Assembly (NCBI GenBank): GCA_027623555.1
Contig: JAQBSZ010000003.1
Coordinates: 115,082 to 179,081 of the forward strand
Direction of reading: 5' to 3'
Length of the DNA stretch: 64,000 nt
DNA from: Pseudomonadota bacterium
Lineage (GTDB): Bacteria; Pseudomonadota; Gammaproteobacteria; Pseudomonadales; Pseudohongiellaceae
Below the pieces are notes generated by a model. The model was not told the DNA's origin. It searched no databases and saw only the letters and a program-made list of their open reading frames with translations. This document shows positions 57,963-64,000 of this stretch, piece by piece; the first letter of the stretch is position 1, and the number at the start of each line of letters is the position of its first letter. The position numbers were made by a program, and so were the translations under genes.

Positions 57963-59150
57963 CTAGGCAGGCAGCGCATTCATCCGCTCGATAATCATCG
58001 CATTGGCGGTACCACCACCCTCGCAAATTGCCACCAACCCATAACGGGCTTCCCGCCTCTCCAACTCGTGCAGCAACGTGGTCATGAGCTTCGCGCCGGT
58101 TCCCCCAAGGGGATGACCCAGTGCCTGCGCACCACCATTCACATTTAATTTATCCAGGTCGGCACCGAGGGCCTTCGCCCATGCCAATGGCACTGATCCG
58201 AAGGCTTCATTCACTTCATACAAGTCGATGTCATCGATCGACAATCCGGCCTTCGCCAGAACCTTTTCGGTTGCCGGAATCGGGCCTTCCAGCATGATCA
58301 CCGGATCGGAACCGATCACTGCCAGGGAATGTATCCTGGCTCGGACTGGTAAATTGTATTTCTTTACGGCCGCTTCGTTCGCAACCATGATTGCAGCGGC
58401 ACCATCGCTAATCTGACTGGCCGTCCCTGCCGTGATCACACCACCTTCGCGTAATGTGTTAAGTGACTGCATAGCTTCCAGTGTCGCCTCGGGTCGAATG
58501 CCTTCGTCAACATCATGCACAGCGGCGCTACCGTCTTCAAGTTTGATATTGAGAGGAACGATTTCCTGCTTGAAGTAGCCATGCTCGGTAGCATGGGTGG
58601 CACGTTGATGACTCAACAGGCCGAAGGAATCGAGATCCTCACGGCTGATCTGGTATTTCTCGGCGAGTAACTCGGCACCGTCGAATTGGCTGAACTGAAT
58701 ACTCGGATACTGTAATTCCAGACGCTCACCTTTCGGCGTGCCCCTGCCATGCTCAAGACCGTCTCGAATATTCGAGCCAATCTCGACAGTGCTCATGGCT
58801 TCCACACCACCGCAGATAATTACATCCTGGGTTCCGGACATCACTGCCTGGGCACCAAACTGGATAGCTTGAAGAGAAGAGCCGCATTGACGATCTACTG
58901 TTGTACCAGGAACTGTCAGGTCAAGTTTGGAAGACATGGCGACGTTTCGCCCCAGATTTCCCGCTTGTGATCCAATCTGACTGACGACGCCGAAAATCAC
59001 ATCATCGACTTTATCGGTTGGCACTCCAGTGCGATCCACCAACTCATCGATAACAATCGCTCCCATGTCTACCGGATGCATTCTGCTTAACCGGCCTTTC
59101 TTTCTGCCTGTTGCGGTGCGAACCGCACCCACTATATACGCGTCGGCCAT
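57963..59150 (-). CDS. acetyl-CoA C-acyltransferase (thiolase)
   Basis: VDRQCGSSLQAI (active-site Cys), NVNGGAQALGHPLGGTG, CEGGGTANA. Confidence 0.9.
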   Translation of the reverse strand: MADAYIVGAVRTATGRKKGRLSRMHPVDMGAIVIDELVDRTGVPTDKVDDVIFGVVSQIGSQAGNLGRNVAMSSKLDLTVPGTTVDRQCGSSLQAIQFGAQAVMSGTQDVIICGGVEAMSTVEIGSNIRDGLEHGRGTPKGERLELQYPSIQFSQFDGAELLAEKYQISREDLDSFGLLSHQRATHATEHGYFKQEIVPLNIKLEDGSAAVHDVDEGIRPEATLEAMQSLNTLREGGVITAGTASQISDGAAAIMVANEAAVKKYNLPVRARIHSLAVIGSDPVIMLEGPIPATEKVLAKAGLSIDDIDLYEVNEAFGSVPLAWAKALGADLDKLNVNGGAQALGHPLGGTGAKLMTTLLHELERREARYGLVAICEGGGTANAMIIERMNALPA

Positions 59151-59310
59151 TTGCTGACTTCCTCTTGCTCTACTTTACTGAATGTCGTGGTTAATTCTCG
59201 TGTGATTAGCAGTATCCGCTGGCGGCTTCCTGCTCAGCGCCTGATTGTCGCACTACCAGCCCAAAAACGATCTTCGTATCTTCGATTGATGACAAAAAAC
59301 CAGCAAGCGG

Positions 59311-60081
59311 CTAGATCGCTGGCATTCTAATTCCTGCATCGAGGCGAATGGTTTCACCATTGAGATAACTGCAGTTCACGATGTGCGCCACTTCTACGGC
59401 AAACTCATCTGGATTTCCGAGTCGCTTTGGAAACTGGGTAATGGCGATCAACGGTTCTTTCACTGCATCGGGAGCCCCGGCCAGCAAGGGAGTTTCGAAC
59501 ACTCCCGGGGCTATGGTCATGACTCGAATGCCACGTTTAGCCAGGTCCCGGGCAATCGGTAGGGTCATAGCGACAATTCCACCCTTACTGGCAGCATAGC
59601 CTGCCTGGCCGGTCTGTCCATCGAAGGCAGCAATGGAAGCGACGTTGATAATCACTCCCCGTTCATCGTCTTCGGTCTGAGGCTCATTGAGCTGCATCAC
59701 CTCAGCACAGAGTCTCAGTACATTAAACGTACCCACCAGATTCACCCTCACTATGTGTTCGAATTTCTGCAGTGGCATGGGCCCGTCCTTGCCAACGGTG
59801 CGGGCGGCTCCACCAATCCCTGCTGAATTGACATTGATATGAATGGTTCCAAACGCCCCCCTCGTCTTGGCGATAGCCTCGCTGACTGCCACCTCGTCAG
59901 CAACATCACCGGCGTGCCAGGCTACATTCTCTCCCAGCTCTGCAGCCACCTGCTTCAGTGCATCGGCATTCAGATCAAAGAGAAATACCTTGGCGCCCGC
60001 CGCCAGAAAGTTCCTGGCTGTCGCCAGACCGAGGCCGGAAGCGCCGCCTGTGATAAATGCTGTCTTATCGCTTAACTCCAT
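59311..60081 (-). CDS. 3-hydroxyacyl-CoA dehydrogenase type-2-like SDR
   Basis: From ATG 60081: MELSDKTAFITGGASGLGLATA (TGxxxGxG), YAASKGGIVAMT (YxxxK). Confidence 0.85.
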   Translation of the reverse strand: MELSDKTAFITGGASGLGLATARNFLAAGAKVFLFDLNADALKQVAAELGENVAWHAGDVADEVAVSEAIAKTRGAFGTIHINVNSAGIGGAARTVGKDGPMPLQKFEHIVRVNLVGTFNVLRLCAEVMQLNEPQTEDDERGVIINVASIAAFDGQTGQAGYAASKGGIVAMTLPIARDLAKRGIRVMTIAPGVFETPLLAGAPDAVKEPLIAITQFPKRLGNPDEFAVEVAHIVNCSYLNGETIRLDAGIRMPAI

Positions 60082-60259
60082 GAAGTGGATTCCGCTGAGA
60101 TACTGAATTTTGGACGCGAAAGGATAAGCTATCCCACTGGAAAAAGAAAACGGCCATGCAGGCTGATATCGCGACACCCGCATGGGCGCTGCCGATTGGC
60201 TATATTTTCCAGCATCGATCCCCTATTATGCGGGGTCCACTATTGATAAGAGAATCGAG

Positions 60260-61387
60260 ATGGGACCATTGCACGGAATCCGCGTCATCGAGATGGCAGG
60301 AATCGGTCCGGGGCCGTTCTGCTGCATGATGTTGTCTGACATGGGGGCCGAAGTCATCCGCATCGATCGACTGAATCTTAAAGGCAGTGGTCACCGCGCC
60401 AATGTCCTGAACCGAGGTCGTAAATCCATCGCACTGGATCTGAAAACTCCTGCCGGAGTTGCAACTTGCCTCAGACTGATTGACCAGGCTGATGTACTGG
60501 TGGAAGGATTTCGACCGGGCGTCATGGAACGCCTGGGACTCGGTCCAGAGCTTTGCCTGGAACGCAATCCCAAACTGGTATTCGGGCGCATGACTGGCTG
60601 GGGACAGGAGGGGCCCTTGTCACAGGCGGCAGGTCATGACATAAATTATATTTCAATTGCGGGCGCACTCGGCGCCATGGGCTATGCCGACCGTCCTCCT
60701 GCGCCTCCTCTGAATCTGGTTGGAGACTTCGGCGGTGGGGCCATGTATCTGTTGAGCGGCATTCAAGCCGCATTGATTGAACGAATCGGTTCAGGCAAGG
60801 GACAAATCGTCGATGCCGCCATGACAGACGGTACTGCCAGCCTCCTGAGCCCCTTCTATGGACTCATGGCGATGGGAATGTGGACTACAGATCGCTATAG
60901 CAACAGACTGGATGGCGGAGCCTATTACTATGGAAGCTATGAATGCAGCGATGGCCGGCATATCTCGATCGGATCACTGGAGCCTCAATTCTATGCCCTG
61001 CTTCTGGAAAAATGCGCGATACACGACGAGTCGTTCAAGGAGCAACTGGATCAGAATGCCTGGCCGGCAAAGCGAGTGATACTGGAATCACTGTTCAAGA
61101 CCAAAACACAACAACAATGGTGTGACATAATGGAAGGGACCGACGTTTGCTTCGCGCCAGTATTAAATCTGGTAGAAGCGCCAGATCACCCACACAACAA
61201 GGCCAGAAATACTTTCGTCGAGGTTGAGAATGTCACACAACCAGCACCAGCGCCACGCTTCAGCCGAACCCAGGGAGCGATACAATCAGCGGCAGCTCTG
61301 GCAGGAGAACATACTGAAGAAATTCTCGCCAACTGGGGATTCACCGAGGCGGAAATAGCCGAATTAAACCAGAACAACGCAGTCTAA
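60260..61387 (+). CDS. CaiB/BaiF family CoA-transferase (alpha-methylacyl-CoA racemase-like)
   Basis: From ATG 60260: [37 protein letters not shown]...[18 protein letters not shown]...GHDINYI. Confidence 0.85.
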   Translation: MGPLHGIRVIEMAGIGPGPFCCMMLSDMGAEVIRIDRLNLKGSGHRANVLNRGRKSIALDLKTPAGVATCLRLIDQADVLVEGFRPGVMERLGLGPELCLERNPKLVFGRMTGWGQEGPLSQAAGHDINYISIAGALGAMGYADRPPAPPLNLVGDFGGGAMYLLSGIQAALIERIGSGKGQIVDAAMTDGTASLLSPFYGLMAMGMWTTDRYSNRLDGGAYYYGSYECSDGRHISIGSLEPQFYALLLEKCAIHDESFKEQLDQNAWPAKRVILESLFKTKTQQQWCDIMEGTDVCFAPVLNLVEAPDHPHNKARNTFVEVENVTQPAPAPRFSRTQGAIQSAAALAGEHTEEILANWGFTEAEIAELNQNNAV

Positions 61388-61395
61388 AAAGAATC

Positions 61396-62556
61396 ATGGA
61401 GAACAACACCCTCACATTAGCACTTACTCTGGTTTCGATTAGCGCAACCATTGCGCTGTTTGTTAACTGGGCAGGTAACCGACATATTCCAGGCCTGCTT
61501 ACGATTGCCTTTGGCTTCGCTATTACCAGCGCCGGCATCCTGCTCCTGCCTACGCTGGGGATATTATCTCCGGTCATCTCTGTCATTCTGGCGAACATGC
61601 TGATTCTTGGTGGCCGTATACCCATCGTGCTGGGCCTCGCTTCGTTCTGGAACCAGGAGCGATCAAAGTTGCCTATCTATTGCACCGGTATTTTTTTCCT
61701 CACCATGGTTGGCTTTTACTATTTCACGCTTATCGATGAGAGCGCATTGTGGCGCATTCGCATCTACACGGCCATGATGGTGATCTTCTCGCTTGCCAAT
61801 ATTTACCTGATCGCCAACGGCTTGAAGATTGAGAGAAAATTGCGGCCCGTCATGACGATCAGCTCCAACTTCGGGGCATTTCTTGCGCTGATGCTGTTCA
61901 GTTTTAATGCGGTTACAGAATTTATCCTGATGATAGTGCGCAGCGGCACCGAACTATCCAGTCCAGACCAGGGGACTTCGATACTGCTGCTGGGATCGAT
62001 CTTCACAATGGTGGTCTTCTCGTTTGCAATCATCATTATGACCATGGAAGAGCTGACCATCGAGCACAAGGAAAACTCGATTTACGATCCGATTACAACC
62101 ATCCTCAACCACCGAACCTTTCTCGAGGTAGGCCAGCGCATACTTGGCGTCGCCTTACGCTATTCCCAGCCGGTGTCCATGCTTACACTGGAAGTCAACA
62201 ATATGGATAGGGTTGTGAAGGAGCACGGCTACAAGGTTGGCAACGAGATGCTGCGCCACTTTTCCCTGATGGCCACAGATCGGCGCCGTAATGAAGACGT
62301 CCTGGCCCGCTCAAATTTCAAGGAGTTTCGAATGTTATTGCCAGGCGTGGATGAAGAGGGCGCAAAAATCGTCATCGAAAAGATCAACAGGGCCCTGCTC
62401 GCGGAAGACTTTATCTACCGGGGTAAAACGATCCACGTAAAGGTCAATATCGCGACGATCACCAAACGCGAGGAAGAGCTCAATCTGCAACAGATGCTGC
62501 AGGAAGGAGACGTAGAGCTTTATCGGGTCAAACAGAATGTGGCTCCAGGCATCTAA
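61396..62556 (+). CDS. multi-TM sensor with degenerate (probably non-catalytic) GGDEF domain
   Basis: About 7 TM helices, then DPITTILNHRTF...LEVNNMDRVVKEHGYKVGNEML...ARSNFKEFRMLLPG. The GG(D/E)EF signature is replaced by SNFKEF and the DxD/GH..GD positions are altered. Confidence 0.7.
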   Translation: MENNTLTLALTLVSISATIALFVNWAGNRHIPGLLTIAFGFAITSAGILLLPTLGILSPVISVILANMLILGGRIPIVLGLASFWNQERSKLPIYCTGIFFLTMVGFYYFTLIDESALWRIRIYTAMMVIFSLANIYLIANGLKIERKLRPVMTISSNFGAFLALMLFSFNAVTEFILMIVRSGTELSSPDQGTSILLLGSIFTMVVFSFAIIIMTMEELTIEHKENSIYDPITTILNHRTFLEVGQRILGVALRYSQPVSMLTLEVNNMDRVVKEHGYKVGNEMLRHFSLMATDRRRNEDVLARSNFKEFRMLLPGVDEEGAKIVIEKINRALLAEDFIYRGKTIHVKVNIATITKREEELNLQQMLQEGDVELYRVKQNVAPGI

Positions 62557-62747
62557 CCGTTTATCTCCAGATAGCATCGTCTTGGGGAATTTGCTCTGAA
62601 TTTGTGTTGGGGTATCCCGGAAACTGGTGATAAAGTAGTGCGTTTTTTTAGATTCTAAAAATCAGCAGCTTCCATCAACAATACGAACGGGCAGGCAGTT
62701 TCCGGATTGCTGAGCTCTCCAACACAGAAAGAATTGAGGTAAATAGC

Positions 62748-63011
62748 ATGAGGAGTGTTTTAGTTGGAATTGCGCTGTTAACAATACTGGCAGCTTGTGA
62801 GAACCTGTATGAAGATGACGCCATTCCAAGAATAAATTCTCAGCGAGACATCGATGCCTATAATGCCACGGTCACGGCAGAGGCTGATAGACTGGTATGC
62901 AATCGAGAGGCAGTCATCGGCTCCAATATCAGGCAGTGGGTCTGCCTGACTGTAGCGCAACAAGACCGCCTTAGGCAGCAAGCTGTGGAAGAGGTTGAGC
63001 TCATCCAATAG
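62748..63011 (+). CDS. small lipoprotein of unknown function
   Basis: Lipobox LLTILAAC; 87 aa; followed by a good terminator. Confidence 0.45.
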   Translation: MRSVLVGIALLTILAACENLYEDDAIPRINSQRDIDAYNATVTAEADRLVCNREAVIGSNIRQWVCLTVAQQDRLRQQAVEEVELIQ

Positions 63012-63085
63012 CTGTGTGTATCCACAGCAGAGCAAGCGACTCCAGCCTCCGCCAATTGATGCCGTGCCAGTACCCGGTTTAAGTG

Positions 63086-63118
63086 AAAGGCCTGCTCACC
63101 GAGCAGGCCTTTCTTTTT
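63086..63118 (+). terminator. rho-independent terminator
   Basis: AAAGGCCTGCTC-ACC-GAGCAGGCCTTT (12-bp stem) followed by CTTTTT. Confidence 0.7.
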
Positions 63119-63166
63119 GCGCTAGAGTTTCAAAGCAACTAATTCGCATCGAGAGTGAGAAAAATC

Positions 63167-63598
63167 ATGCTGGAAAACTATAAGAATCTCCTGGTGACTT
63201 CCGGCCGGGTGTTGCTCGGGCTCTACTTTATCGGTCCGGGTCTGAGCAAAGTCTTCGCCTTCGATTTCAATGCCAACTATATGGCAGAGCACGGTATGGT
63301 ATTCATTCCCTTCTTTCTAATGCTGACTATTCTTATCCAGCTAGGGGGTGGTGTTGCGCTGATTGCCGGCTACAAGACTCACCTGGTAGCTTTTGTGCTG
63401 GCCGGTCTGACCCTGGTCATCAGCCTGGTATTGCATGATTTCTGGACCATGCCGGCGGGTGAGCTACAGACAGCACATGAAGCGCAGAATTTCGTGAAGA
63501 ACCTGGGAATCATGGCGGGTTTGCTGGTACTCAGCGGCCTCGGTGCCGGGCCCTGGAGCCTGGATTACCGCCAAACACGGGCGATTCCTGGCCTGTGA
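63167..63598 (+). CDS. DoxX-family membrane protein
   Basis: From ATG 63167: MLENYKNLLVTSGRVLLGLYFIGPGLSK...; four TM helices; HDFW motif region typical of DoxX. Confidence 0.8.
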   Translation: MLENYKNLLVTSGRVLLGLYFIGPGLSKVFAFDFNANYMAEHGMVFIPFFLMLTILIQLGGGVALIAGYKTHLVAFVLAGLTLVISLVLHDFWTMPAGELQTAHEAQNFVKNLGIMAGLLVLSGLGAGPWSLDYRQTRAIPGL

Positions 63599-63710
63599 CG
63601 AGGTTGTTACAAAGGGTAGCGTTCAGCTGATTTTAAGCTCAGAGTGGGTATAATGACCCGAAACTTGCAGCAGCCCCGATGTTGCGGGGTCTTCAGGAGA
63701 CAGACTCAAC

Positions 63711-64000
63711 ATGATTATGGTCCAGAGCACATTTCAACTGCTTCCGGAAGCCAAGTCCGATGCTATTCGTATGATGAAGAACATGGTCCGCCTGTGCCGG
63801 CAGGAACATGGCTGCCTCAGTTATGAATACTTCGAAGGGATGACCGATCCTTACCAGGTAGTCCTGTTACAGGAATGGGAGAATGCCGATTGCCTGCAGG
63901 AACATTATCAAACCGATCACATGGATGACTTCCTGGGAAAGCTGGGTAAATTACTGGAGAGCCCGGTCAGCACTCGCAGCTATGTCTCACGGGAAGAGAA
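63711..64000 (+). CDS. antibiotic-biosynthesis-monooxygenase (ABM) family protein, 3' end beyond the window
   Basis: Manual translation from ATG 63711 (GGAG 12 nt upstream): MIMVQSTFQLLPEAKSDAIRMMKNMVRLCRQEHGCLSYEYFEGMTDPYQVVLLQEWENADCLQEHYQTDHM... ABM-domain pattern (..E.W.......H). Confidence 0.7.
   Translation, partial: MIMVQSTFQLLPEAKSDAIRMMKNMVRLCRQEHGCLSYEYFEGMTDPYQVVLLQEWENADCLQEHYQTDHMDDFLGKLGKLLESPVSTRSYVSREE

Overview
This 64-kb window looks like chromosomal DNA from a marine, oligotrophic gammaproteobacterium. That placement is an inference from gene content and roughly 50% GC; no search was run. It holds about 60 protein-coding genes, densely packed on both strands, mostly housekeeping or metabolic.

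Main gene content:
- Cell wall and cofactors: mpl, ubiX, pdxH, pdxJ, a PfkA-family phosphofructokinase.
- Redox and stress: bcp, a Prx5-type peroxiredoxin, cobB, an FMN reductase, a YyaL-type thioredoxin-domain protein.
- The tesA / ybbA / ybbP trio.
- A lipid/CoA block: acyl-CoA synthetase, acyl-CoA dehydrogenase, thiolase, 3-hydroxyacyl-CoA dehydrogenase, CaiB-family CoA-transferase.
- A haloalkane dehalogenase, several alpha/beta hydrolases, and many exported proteins of unknown function.

I found no rRNA, tRNA, CRISPR array, transposase, integrase or phage gene, and no recognisable multi-gene defence system.

The strongest unexplained signals are non-coding:
1. A family of long palindromic (REPIN/MITE-like) elements with GGGGACAC...GTGTCCCC termini at five or more loci. 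Two near-identical direct copies lie 1717 bp apart and bracket a small island of decaying genes (an AraC gene with an in-frame TAA and a truncated VOC gene).
2. Two other MITE-like or structured elements: 22-bp perfect arms at 50659/50832 and 29-bp arms at 45549/45778.
3. An orphan promoter plus intrinsic terminator, a candidate sRNA, at 38259-38400.

Protein-level oddities:
- A multicopper oxidase fused to a CopB-like outer-membrane C-terminal domain, with a hexanucleotide-encoded Met/Asp tract.
- Three paralogous signal-peptide-bearing methyltransferase-fold proteins.
- A catalytically degenerate GGDEF protein.
- A TolB-like/TPR membrane protein gene broken in three places.

All product calls rest on motif recognition in the supplied translations. 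No database search was possible, so family names are hypotheses of graded confidence.
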